Part shown: positions 28,401 through 36,935 of the stretch, one piece after another
Layout: every line of letters begins with the position of its first letter
Numbering within the stretch: position 1 is the first letter of the stretch
Origin: Candidatus Levyibacteriota bacterium
GTDB taxonomy: Bacteria; Patescibacteriota; Microgenomatia; Levybacterales; UBA12049
DNA length: 64,000 nucleotides
Direction: 5' to 3'
NCBI GenBank assembly: GCA_016186645.1
Contig: JACPLF010000005.1
Location: 109,995-173,994, forward strand
Program-made: the position numbers and the translations under genes
Notes under the pieces: generated by a model
What the model was told of the DNA's origin: nothing
What the model saw: only the letters and a program-made list of their open reading frames with translations
Databases searched by the model: none

Positions 28401-29892
28401 TTGCAAAAGGCACTGTAGCCAACTCTTGACGCGGACTAAGCTCTGGACCGCTCCCAATAGTAATTCCCAAGAAAAGCTGCGAATTCTGGCTAAAAAGAGT
28501 ATCAGGAATAGGGGTAGTCTTGCCAAGAAACACTGAGAATATCCCATCTGAATCAGGTTCTATCGAGTTGCTTTCCTGCCAAAGAAAGGCCGCACCTGAA
28601 GCATTTTGGTCATTATAGATAGAAAAGAGAATATTTGTCGCATTGGTTATAGGATTATCAGATGAGTCGGTCAGTTTTCCCTGAAAAGAAAGAATTCGGG
28701 GGGGAGCAAATGAAGCTGCAGCAAGTGTCGCTCCTTCTTTTTGGCTTTGTGCAAAAAGACTATCATATGTTCCAAAACCAAGCGCTGCAGCTACGATAAT
28801 AAGGATCGCAAAATGGAAATAATGGGTAAATGAGTATGAGTGATACTTTTTGTACCAGTTGGGTCGTACATGCCGAATATAATGCCAGACTCTTTTGTGG
28901 TTTGGTAAATAGCGTGTTGAAACGGTGAGGGGGGCATAAAACTCCTTCTTAATATTTGAAACCGGAATTAATGACTCAGAGTCAAATTTGGATTTCTTGA
29001 ATACTCTTTTTCCCGATGCTTTCCAAAATAAATACTGTGTACTCTCAACAGTTTTGACAAGCGGCAATATAAAGATGGCATCAAAGAGGAAATCAGCGCC
29101 ATTTATGAGCTTTTGCGTTAATCTCAGAGGTGGAAAAGAAGATCTGTTCGGAATACTCGGAAGACTCGGTGCGTCAGATTGCTCGCCTCGCTCAAGCTTC
29201 GGCGAAGAGGGTCTTATTATCTGATAGTCAGAATTTCTGATGGTCTGGATTTCGGAGTCTTCTGAGTTTTCTGAAATTAATTTCTGGTTTTTTGCCCAAG
29301 CAATATAATTCCTTAAAGACGAAAGTTTTCTATTGATAGTCCTGGGAGAAAATTTAGCCGCAATTAGTCTTTGCTTGTATTCTTCAATGGTTGTGTAATT
29401 GACTTTGTCTAGTAAATTTCTTTCCGTGACAACCCATGCGTATTTGATAAGCGTTACTTCCTCAAGCCACACGAAGAAACTTTTGATATCGTTGATGTAG
29501 TTTTTTATAGTAAGATTAGATTTTTTATACTCGTAAAGATAGCTTTTGAAATTCCTAAGCATCCATGGATCCGCCTCCGCCAAGGCTTCGGCGGACACAG
29601 TCCTTTTTTCAAGTGGATCTTGTGAGATTATTTTGTTTGTTTGGAGCAACTTAAAAAACTTACGCAAAGAGGAAAAATGTCTCTCCATGGAGCTTGGAGA
29701 AAGACTCCTTGCTTTTTTGTACTGATCTAAGATGACAAGGTTAACTTTTGATGGATCAAAAGGGGAATTAAATTCTTTTTCGAACCAGTTTATAAATTGT
29801 CCGATATCAGCTTTATAATTTTTGAAAGTAGAAAGAGATGGTGTATCTTTTTGATTTATCAGGAAATTAAGGAATTGTTGTAATAAATTCAT
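25465..29892 (-). CDS. Giant (1475 aa) cell-surface protein: N-terminal integrase-SAM-like repeats, one TM helix, then a long Ser/Thr/Gly/Asn-rich extracellular region
   Basis: Three core-binding-like repeats (FKNYKADIGQFINWF / IKNYINDIKSFFVWL / INRKLSSLRNYIAWA). TM helix HYFHFAILIIVAAALGFGTY. No recombinase catalytic domain. Confidence 0.6.
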   Translation of the reverse strand: MNLLQQFLNFLINQKDTPSLSTFKNYKADIGQFINWFEKEFNSPFDPSKVNLVILDQYKKARSLSPSSMERHFSSLRKFFKLLQTNKIISQDPLEKRTVSAEALAEADPWMLRNFKSYLYEYKKSNLTIKNYINDIKSFFVWLEEVTLIKYAWVVTERNLLDKVNYTTIEEYKQRLIAAKFSPRTINRKLSSLRNYIAWAKNQKLISENSEDSEIQTIRNSDYQIIRPSSPKLERGEQSDAPSLPSIPNRSSFPPLRLTQKLINGADFLFDAIFILPLVKTVESTQYLFWKASGKRVFKKSKFDSESLIPVSNIKKEFYAPLTVSTRYLPNHKRVWHYIRHVRPNWYKKYHSYSFTHYFHFAILIIVAAALGFGTYDSLFAQSQKEGATLAAASFAPPRILSFQGKLTDSSDNPITNATNILFSIYNDQNASGAAFLWQESNSIEPDSDGIFSVFLGKTTPIPDTLFSQNSQLFLGITIGSGPELSPRQELATVPFASNAETLQGLEPITNSTKVSNVVLALDSSGNLSIAGSKAHTFQTIGGQFVLSGSILSLTTVPGSNSRVEIVPDGVGKIDLSKPIQNSTNNSNVSFMKGAVEFDDNVAILATTSAQSAFHINQNSIGSLISASTSGIAKFGVESDGAGLFAGDLGINGGDMTSTATTFNLLNSTVTTLNVGGAATTLVLGASTGTITIRNATANIQGSVTLGDAATDTITFTGRVAQDSSLVPIGTSGTNNLGSASLPWDNAYIDNIYSASTGTFGPWQRASAALSPTNISDDILLGATATSSALIKFSGTSGNNSWINTGNVGIGTTTPLSKLDIQDSQSATAAAQIYNTSSGTDADGLVIKLGNTSTTAVASTNHFVSFQTAGIGIVGSIQGSGGKGVTYATSGVADFAEYFKKDKYLKIEFGSVVCLNNGFVVPCDNNNGKILGIASERPAFLGGENLGDSSIAVGLIGQVDTLVSISNGTIKAGDALASSDIPGVAVKATKAGQIVGKALENLDIIDEGKVVGFYDPDSKEYRSKDGFPNVPLKPNIIKIVKINTFANISWFDPGAYLANNGDLIIHKTGSNGYSVDSQNETLSNVGGFFKVVAANIKTGLLNAQEIIANSLIVTSDNIIVNGQNLRDYIVDVIQESPLRQDFGGQAGIISPIIRTDQVSANIISPLGKSLIVKLATPSAEIHDSQFIIQNSSGSAITTINNEGDASFSGQLSALDGQFENASISGTLRAFSFLTSHLSSNYIDVASFSAQIAYVPNLQAEQALFNQGLMVFGSTSLSDLSVVGNISIGGTMFITQNSIETLGTDLSLQSLRQGGLSIMGGLVYIDTHGNISTQGDLTVLGKLAVNIISPLPTSDLVVNNASGSGVLSINQKGDLISSGSGTFAKLNFSLVQPVLAVSATEAIASSSAGVANIAPYYAELTIKNALVTNESVIYITPVGTPSAQSPFLMRQLPAEFTVGVQSPNKNPIPFNWLIVN
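29146..29278. repeat. R-family element, copy R2, in-frame within the giant surface-protein gene (encodes a low-complexity linker)
   Basis: Carries gttcggaatactcggaagactcgg ... tctgagttttctgaaatt. Confidence 0.6.
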
Positions 29893-30556
29893 CTAGATAC
29901 GAAATTATACAGATTATACAAATTATTTCTCTATACAATTAGAATAGACAATAGTTTGAATCTTGTCAATAGGTAAATTAAAGAAAAATTGATATTTTAC
30001 GATATGCTTTGATACGCTTAGAAGAAAACATTATTTCTGTGAAATGTTAGTGAAAACAATTTTCTAGCCGTGAAAACACTGAGATTGGAAAAATACCCGT
30101 ATACCCAGTGAATATCTGGCAAGAATGAGTATATCAAAGAGTCTCAATCTTATTTATTGATTAGTTCAAATTTTGTTAAAATTTTAGCCTCTCTCTTACA
30201 ATTTTATTCCAAAACAAAATTACTAATTAGCAGATGATTCCAATTAGTGATAGGCAATCCAAGGTTTTTATTTGGCCTTTAAATAAAGCGCAAATTTTTA
30301 AGAGATAATTGATTATTAAGATTATCCATGATTGTTCCTGAGAAAAAACAGGCTGTTTTAAGTTGTGAGTATTTCTCGTTATTCGCCCAAAAGATATCTC
30401 TAAAACTAAAAATTGACTTTTCACAACAAGTTTAAAGAAACAGGCGTTTTTCACAGAGCTGACTGGGGAAAATTGTGCTTTTAGGAGGAATTGAGCTGAA
30501 AGCGATTTATACCTACGATTATACAAGCGTTCGACTTTTTTCCGAGAGTCTAAGAT

Positions 30557-31621
30557 TCACTTCTTTATATGAGCACGTACTCTATTTACAACTACAATAG
30601 CACCAATCAGTACAATCACAATCACTATCATTCCCATGAGGGGAAAAGCAAAGAAATGAATAGTTTTAGTAAAGCTTGGCCCTTCATCGGAAAGGCTGAT
30701 ATTAAGAGTTGCGGTATAAAATCCCAAAAGAAAGTCTTCGTTCCATAAAAGCTTAGGGTTTTGGAAACTAAGATTAGAATTTTTCTCGGTATCCTCAGAT
30801 ATCAGCTCCTGGATATAAGCTGTATTCGGAATAGCACGAACACTTTCAGATAGAATGTTCACCTTCATTAGGTCTAGCCTGCCAATGTTTTGACCAAACA
30901 TATTTTTTATCAAAATTTCACCCTTTGGTTTTATAATTTGCTTGCCATTATTCTTAATTCTGAGAGTAAAAGGCACAGGGCCGCTCTCGTAGAAAAGTCC
31001 TGATGAGAATTCTTCAATAACCCCATCAGGTATTTCTTTTGCTCCAATTGACAATAGAATATTAGACGCAATTCCGAGCTGGCCTAAAGAGCTGGTTGAG
31101 ACAGGAGTCGCTGTATTTTGAGAAACGAATATAATGGAGAAATAATGGTCTCGCCCGACTTCGCCTGCGACACCTGCTTGATTTGCTTGTGATTGATTGG
31201 ACGAAGTCGCTGGCGGGCGGGTTGATGCTGGAGTACCTTGCGAAGTATTTACGTTCAAGGTTAAATCTTTTTTCTGTTTTGGACCTAGTGCTATACCTTC
31301 AATAGGAATTCCGCTATCCAGAAGCTGGATATTTTGTGTTAGAAAAGGACTTGGCGAGCTTAAATATTGTAGCTCTCCGTTCTCAGATTTTGCCTTGAAG
31401 GGGACAAGTAATATTTGGAGTTCTACCAGGTTTTCGCTTTTGTTTTGGATTGATAAAGTGCTTGTGGCAACTGATGGGGGCAGGGCATTAATTTCTATAA
31501 CAGAAGGATCCAGGCTCAGCGATAAAGCCGAAGCCTCGGCTTTAGAAATAAGAAGTGAGAAATGAGAAATGAGAAACAAGACAATCAAAAGTCTAATGCA
31601 ATCTCTACTAATATTTTTCAT
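30557..31621 (-). CDS. Secreted protein with a C-terminal TM anchor and basic tail (354 aa)
   Basis: Signal peptide. The C-terminus reads FAFPLMGMIVIVIVLIGAIVVVNRVRAHIKK. Same strand as the giant gene. Confidence 0.5.
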   Translation of the reverse strand: MKNISRDCIRLLIVLFLISHFSLLISKAEASALSLSLDPSVIEINALPPSVATSTLSIQNKSENLVELQILLVPFKAKSENGELQYLSSPSPFLTQNIQLLDSGIPIEGIALGPKQKKDLTLNVNTSQGTPASTRPPATSSNQSQANQAGVAGEVGRDHYFSIIFVSQNTATPVSTSSLGQLGIASNILLSIGAKEIPDGVIEEFSSGLFYESGPVPFTLRIKNNGKQIIKPKGEILIKNMFGQNIGRLDLMKVNILSESVRAIPNTAYIQELISEDTEKNSNLSFQNPKLLWNEDFLLGFYTATLNISLSDEGPSFTKTIHFFAFPLMGMIVIVIVLIGAIVVVNRVRAHIKK

Positions 31622-31642
31622 CTTTCACCTCTCATCTTTCAT

Positions 31643-32410
31643 TTAGAAATTGGGAACTGCAATATAGGTAATAATATTGGTGTAAATTCCTTCTGCCTGA
31701 TTGCCGGGGATGTTTACTTTGTAGGAAATTCTAACGTCTTTATTTTTTGAGCCTATTCCTGACATCATAGACTGCTCTGATTGCCCATTGGAATGATCTG
31801 CGAAGTGTTTGTAGAAATTGGGTTTTGCAAATGAACTATTGCAATCAAAGCCAATTACATTGTCACAGCGATATCCCAATCCATAAGTCAGAGTATTTGT
31901 CCATTCTCGCGCATTTTCTTCACTACACTGGCCATCATCGCAGGTTGTATTGGGAATAGTTGTATTCTCACTTTGAAGCGGATGGTTCTCAAAAGCCAAA
32001 ACAGAATACCCATATGCAGGAAGGCTGTAAATATTAAGATTTGCTGTGCGAACGATTGGATTAGTTGGGCTTAAAGAGCCAAAATCAATTAAATCTGATG
32101 ACAGGGAAATAGAAAAGGCGAGTGTTGAATCAATATTTTCAATTCCCGATCTTATTTTGAAATTTACACCTTCTGAAACAACAGGACTGAGGTCTCCGAC
32201 CGTAGATCGCACTTTGTAATCTGTATTAGTTGTAGTGCCGGAGATTGAATTAAACCCCTGCATCTTAACTTTGTAGTCCTTGTTGGACATTGTCTGCGCG
32301 CTCGCGGTCGGCAAAAATAAGCCAATAAACAAATAAACAAATAACCCAATAGCCATGTAGCCAATTTTAAACCTGCCCGTCCGGCAGGCGGGTCTTAAAT
32401 CATTTATCAT
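31643..32410 (-). CDS. Secreted hypothetical protein (255 aa), first gene of the surface-protein operon
   Basis: N-terminal signal peptide ending ...LPTASAQT. Confidence 0.45.
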   Translation of the reverse strand: MINDLRPACRTGRFKIGYMAIGLFVYLFIGLFLPTASAQTMSNKDYKVKMQGFNSISGTTTNTDYKVRSTVGDLSPVVSEGVNFKIRSGIENIDSTLAFSISLSSDLIDFGSLSPTNPIVRTANLNIYSLPAYGYSVLAFENHPLQSENTTIPNTTCDDGQCSEENAREWTNTLTYGLGYRCDNVIGFDCNSSFAKPNFYKHFADHSNGQSEQSMMSGIGSKNKDVRISYKVNIPGNQAEGIYTNIITYIAVPNF

Positions 32411-32509
32411 AAATCAATCGTAGATAATCTTGGGTAAAAACGCAATATCTCGGCAGCTTGACAAAGACCTATTTTGGAAATAAGATATATCTTGTAGGAG
32501 TAGATTATT

Positions 32510-33343
32510 ATGGCTGAAATTAGTGGAAGTCCAGACTTTGAGCAGCGACCAACGCCCAGCAGGGAAAGTGAATTATTAGGAGCGATCAAAGAAATCGAAG
32601 TTCCGTTTATGGAAGCCTTGAAGCGTGATTACGGAGAGGAACGTGGTTGGAGAATGTGTGCTCCTGCGTCAATTGCTCTTTCAAGGATTCTTTCTGCTCG
32701 TACTGGCGTACCGATTGGGAGAGATATTCCAGGAGAGCACGTTGAGCTTACTGTGGGCATATTTGATCCTAAAACTGCCCCTGACAGACTCAGCAGGATT
32801 GAGGAACAGACTTATATCCGTTACTTTACAGGGGATGGAAACGTCTACTATATAGACCCAATATACGGATTATTGATGCAAACTAGACAACAGCTTAGTG
32901 AGGCAATTCAAGTTGAAAAGTATCCAGTAACGGAAGTAGATCAAGCCCTGATTCGGGAACATCACTTATATCCATTTGACCCAAATCACGACGGATTGGA
33001 CACTTCAGAAGCCTTTGCGCCACATGGAACTTCTGCTGAGGAAAGGAAATCATACATAGCTGAAGTTATTCCTGCTCTCAATGATGAGAGAGCGACTATG
33101 TCAGAATTTGTCGCAGATTCAGGTCGAGTTATGATTACTGATTGGCAGAAAACTGAGGCAATAATCAAAGAGTTTGCTCCCAGCTGGAAACCAGAGCGAT
33201 TAGTCAGAATGGAAAGATTTATTGCTGCAATTCAAGCAATGAATCGTGGAAAGCAATACCCAACCACCCTTTTAAGATTTGCAAAAAGAGGTGCGGGCCC
33301 AAATCCAGATGTTAATAATTTTAAGAAGGTATTGAGGGGGTAA
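32510..33343 (+). CDS. Hypothetical protein encoded by a GC-rich (about 47 percent) gene with a strong SD, a candidate horizontal acquisition
   Basis: TTGACA-N17-TAAGAT promoter and AGGAG SD. Conserved Cys (GWRMCAPAS) and His (EHVEL, REHHLYPFDPNHDG) residues. Confidence 0.5.
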   Translation: MAEISGSPDFEQRPTPSRESELLGAIKEIEVPFMEALKRDYGEERGWRMCAPASIALSRILSARTGVPIGRDIPGEHVELTVGIFDPKTAPDRLSRIEEQTYIRYFTGDGNVYYIDPIYGLLMQTRQQLSEAIQVEKYPVTEVDQALIREHHLYPFDPNHDGLDTSEAFAPHGTSAEERKSYIAEVIPALNDERATMSEFVADSGRVMITDWQKTEAIIKEFAPSWKPERLVRMERFIAAIQAMNRGKQYPTTLLRFAKRGAGPNPDVNNFKKVLRG

Positions 33344-33521
33344 AAAACAGAAATTATCACCCTAACACCTAGAACATCTTAGAAATACTACTGGGACGGT
33401 CTTCGGTTTTATAATTAAGTTTTTCACCATTTTACCTTCGGATACATTTAAATCCCAAAAGAACTGTGTTATACTAAATAAAATTTCTAATTACTAATTT
33501 CTAATTTCTAAATAAATCCAA

Positions 33522-36230
33522 ATGACCAAAAACTCAAAGGTAAGAATTAATCAATATAATCCTTCAGAGATTGAAAAAAAATGGCCCCGCAAGAATCTTA
33601 CCTCGAGACTGAGGCTTCCAGCCTCGCGCTCTCGAGGGGCGATCTCACGGGGTAAACAAGAGTACAGTCCAAGTTTGATTGAATCAAAATGGCAATCTAT
33701 TTGGAAGAAAGAGAAGATTTATTCTCCTAATTTGGATAAGGCGAAGAAGCCGTTTTACAACCTCATGATGTTCCCATATCCCAGTGCCGAGGGAATGCAC
33801 GTTGGAAATATGTATGCTTTTACTGGTGCTGATGTATACGGCAGGTTTCAGCGGATGCAGGGTAAGGATGTTTTTGAGCCGATTGGCTTGGACGGATTCG
33901 GAATTCACAGCGAAAACTACGCTATAAAAACAGACAAGCATCCTGCCAAACAAGCTGAAATTTCAGAGAAAAACTTTTACAGGCAGTTGAAAAGTATTGG
34001 AAATGGTTTTGATTGGTCAAGAACTGTTGAGACTTACGACACTTCCTATTACAAATGGACACAGTGGCTTTTTATCCAATTGTTCAGGGCGGGTTTGGCA
34101 TATCGAAAGAAGGCGCCGGTTAATTTTTGCCCATCATGCAAAACAGTTTTGGCAGACGAACAAGTCTTGGATACCCGATGCGAGCGCTGCAATTCACTAG
34201 TTGAGAAAAGAGATTTGGAACAGTGGTTTTTTGCAATCACGAAATACGCGGATCCTTTGCTAGCTAATATTGATAAATTAGATTGGTCGGAAAAAGTCAA
34301 AATCGCACAGCGCCAATGGATCGGGCGATCAGAGGGAACTCTAATTAGATTTAAGATTAAAGATTTAAGAATTAAGAATGAAATTGAGGTGTTTACGACT
34401 CGTGCAGATACATTATACGGAGCCACATTTATCGTTCTTGCTCCCGAGCACCCCGTTTCAGCAGCTATTAAGGATTCCAAGATCAGAGCTTATATAGAAA
34501 AGGCAAAAGAGATTCAAAAAAGCTTAGAAAAAGATAAAGAAAAAACCGGAGTTTTTACGGGTTTGTACGCAATCAATCCTCTTAATGGCGAGGAGATTCC
34601 TGTTTGGATTGCGGATTATGCATTAATGGATTTTGGAACAGGCGCTTTGTTTGGAGATGCGCATGATGAGCGCGATGTAAAATTTGCCAAGAAATATAAA
34701 ATTCCATTAACGCCAACTCTAATCACCGGAGATAAAGAGTTTGATAAAAAAATCTTAAGTCTTGAAGAGTGTTTTACAGGATACGGAACATTAATCGATT
34801 CAGGTCCCTTTACAGGATTGGACTCAAAGCAAGCAATGAAAAGAGTTGCTGAATGGCTCAAGAAGCATAATGCTGGAGATTTTGAAGCCACTTATCATCT
34901 TCGGGATTGGTTGATTTCAAGACAAAGGTATTGGGGACCTCCGATTCCTATGGTGTACTGTAAAAACTGTGCAGATCAAAAACTTTCTTGGTTTTCCATG
35001 GCCGAAGAGAACGAGCATAAAGTATCAAGTAGCAAGCATAAAGTATTAAGCAAAGACGAAAATATACTTGATACTAAATACTTAATACATAATACAGATA
35101 TGGTTGGTTGGTGGCCGGTTCCGGAGAAAGATTTGCCGGTTGAATTACCGTTTATCAAAGATTACAAGCCTTTGGGAATCCATTCGGCAAGCTCAGGACA
35201 GGCAGTCAAAGCACCTCTTGCAAGCCACCCTGAATTTTACAGAACAAAATGCCCAAAATGCGGAATGAATGCAAGAAGAGAAACAGATGTTTCAGACACA
35301 TTTTTGGACTCTGCATGGTATTTCTTAAGATATGTTTCGACAGAGTTTGATTCTGTTCCTTTTGATGAGGCAAGAGTGAAAAAGTGGCTTCCGGTAAACA
35401 TGTATATTGGCGGTGCAGAACATTCGGTTTTGCATCTTTTATACTCTAGATTTATCACAATGGTTTTAAAAGACTTAGGGTTTATTGACTTTGAAGAGCC
35501 ATTCGCAAGGTTCCGCGCGCATGGCTTAATCGTCAAAGATGGCGCAAAAATGAGTAAGAGCCGCGGAAATGTGGTTGTCCCGGATCAATATGTTAAAAAA
35601 TTTGGCGCAGACAGTCTTCGTACCTATCTAATGTTCATGGGCCCTTTCAGTCAAGGTGGAGATTTTAGAGATACAGGAATAGAGGGAACGCACAGATTTT
35701 TGCGCAGAGTTTGGGCTTTAGCGCAAAAATCAATTTCCAATTCAAAACTTCTAATTTCTAATGAGGGAAAAAGAGCGGTTAATAAAACAATTAAGAAGGT
35801 GACTGAAGATGTTTCAAATCTGTCCTACAACACTGCGATTGCGGGCTTGATGGAATATTATAATTTCCTCTCAGTGCAAAAAGAGGTTTCAAAAGAAGAA
35901 ATTGAAGTGTTCTTAAAATTAATTTCCCCATTTGCTCCGCATATTGCCGAAGAATTATGGTCTATCTTGGGTAACAAAACATCTATTCACAAATCTCAGT
36001 GGCCTACATACGATGAAAAATATCTAGTTTCCGACGAAGTAATTATTGCAGTTCAGATAAATGGAAAATTAAGAGAGGTATTAAAAATTAAAAATGAAAA
36101 ATTAAAAATGAAAAATGATATCGAGCAATTGGCTAAAGAGAGTGCTAAGATAAAAAAATACCTGGAAGGCAAACAAATTAAAAAAGTTATTTATGTCGAG
36201 GGAAAAATCATTAACTTTGTGATTGTTTAA
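33522..36230 (+). CDS. leuS: Leucine--tRNA ligase
   Basis: HVGN (HIGH-class) and KMSKS motifs, CP1 editing and anticodon-binding domains. The N-terminus carries a duplicated YNPSEIEKKW/YSPSLIESKW segment around a palindromic insert. Confidence 0.9.
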   Translation: MTKNSKVRINQYNPSEIEKKWPRKNLTSRLRLPASRSRGAISRGKQEYSPSLIESKWQSIWKKEKIYSPNLDKAKKPFYNLMMFPYPSAEGMHVGNMYAFTGADVYGRFQRMQGKDVFEPIGLDGFGIHSENYAIKTDKHPAKQAEISEKNFYRQLKSIGNGFDWSRTVETYDTSYYKWTQWLFIQLFRAGLAYRKKAPVNFCPSCKTVLADEQVLDTRCERCNSLVEKRDLEQWFFAITKYADPLLANIDKLDWSEKVKIAQRQWIGRSEGTLIRFKIKDLRIKNEIEVFTTRADTLYGATFIVLAPEHPVSAAIKDSKIRAYIEKAKEIQKSLEKDKEKTGVFTGLYAINPLNGEEIPVWIADYALMDFGTGALFGDAHDERDVKFAKKYKIPLTPTLITGDKEFDKKILSLEECFTGYGTLIDSGPFTGLDSKQAMKRVAEWLKKHNAGDFEATYHLRDWLISRQRYWGPPIPMVYCKNCADQKLSWFSMAEENEHKVSSSKHKVLSKDENILDTKYLIHNTDMVGWWPVPEKDLPVELPFIKDYKPLGIHSASSGQAVKAPLASHPEFYRTKCPKCGMNARRETDVSDTFLDSAWYFLRYVSTEFDSVPFDEARVKKWLPVNMYIGGAEHSVLHLLYSRFITMVLKDLGFIDFEEPFARFRAHGLIVKDGAKMSKSRGNVVVPDQYVKKFGADSLRTYLMFMGPFSQGGDFRDTGIEGTHRFLRRVWALAQKSISNSKLLISNEGKRAVNKTIKKVTEDVSNLSYNTAIAGLMEYYNFLSVQKEVSKEEIEVFLKLISPFAPHIAEELWSILGNKTSIHKSQWPTYDEKYLVSDEVIIAVQINGKLREVLKIKNEKLKMKNDIEQLAKESAKIKKYLEGKQIKKVIYVEGKIINFVIV

Positions 36231-36308
36231 TGACTATACCAATATGCTAATCCATACTAATAATACGAATTAGTGTAATTAGCATGAATTCGTATATTAG
36301 AATCGTTT

Positions 36309-36911
36309 ATGGATTTTACTGGCCTGCTTGATAAGTATCTGCCTCTCCTTAAAAAGCATTGGCTTCCTCTGAGCTTGGCATCCTTGGGAATGATATTCTT
36401 TGCATATGGTTTGATAGGGTTATTCTTTGTTAACCAATCAGCCTCGGAAGATATAGTTTTTGAGTCCTCTGAAGAACAGAGTTCTAAGGAAGCAAAAACT
36501 ATTTTTATAGACATAGAAGGGGCTGTGGTGAGGCCGGGATTATATAAATTGCCTCAGGATTCAAGGATTCAAGATGCTCTTGTTGCGGCTGGCGGTTTGG
36601 CTGCTTCTGCTGACAGAAATTTCGTTGCTAAAAATATTAATTTAGCAATCAAACTAACGGACGGCGCTAAAATATATATACCGAATGTTGGGGAAGCAGT
36701 CAGCGGGGCATCAGCGCTAAATGCTTCCTCTCAAGTTAATATTAATACTTCCTCGCAATCTGAGCTGGAGGCATTGCCGGGCATTGGTCCTGTAACTGCT
36801 CAGAAAATCATTGGGAATAGGCCCTACGGCTCTGCAGACGAGCTTCTAAAGAGGAAGATAGTAGGGAGTAAGGTATTTGATCAGATCAAAGATAAAATCA
36901 CGGTATACTAA
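36309..36911 (+). CDS. comEA: Competence protein ComEA (membrane anchor, SLBB, tandem helix-hairpin-helix)
   Basis: ELEALPGIGPVTAQKIIGNRPYGSADEL helix-hairpin-helix. SLBB-like IFIDIEGAVVRPGLYKL. Confidence 0.8.
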   Translation: MDFTGLLDKYLPLLKKHWLPLSLASLGMIFFAYGLIGLFFVNQSASEDIVFESSEEQSSKEAKTIFIDIEGAVVRPGLYKLPQDSRIQDALVAAGGLAASADRNFVAKNINLAIKLTDGAKIYIPNVGEAVSGASALNASSQVNINTSSQSELEALPGIGPVTAQKIIGNRPYGSADELLKRKIVGSKVFDQIKDKITVY

Positions 36912-36935
36912 TTGCTAAATTGTTAAATTGCTATA

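Noticed and set aside
25465-29892. Possibility that the N-terminal integrase-like domain marks a prophage or integrase gene
   Set aside because: Only core-binding (SAM-like) repeats are present. There is no catalytic tyrosine-recombinase domain (R..HxxR..Y). The protein continues into a TM helix and an extracellular region.
30227-30526. 99-aa ORF in the 660-bp spacer upstream of the giant gene
   Set aside because: AT-rich spacer with regulatory-looking motifs. The ORF has no start context and junk-like sequence.
34348-34380. Intein or other protein-splicing element in leuS and argS at the shared repeat
   Set aside because: The insert is only about 10 aa and has no intein splice-junction or endonuclease motifs. 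It is a nucleotide-level repeat.
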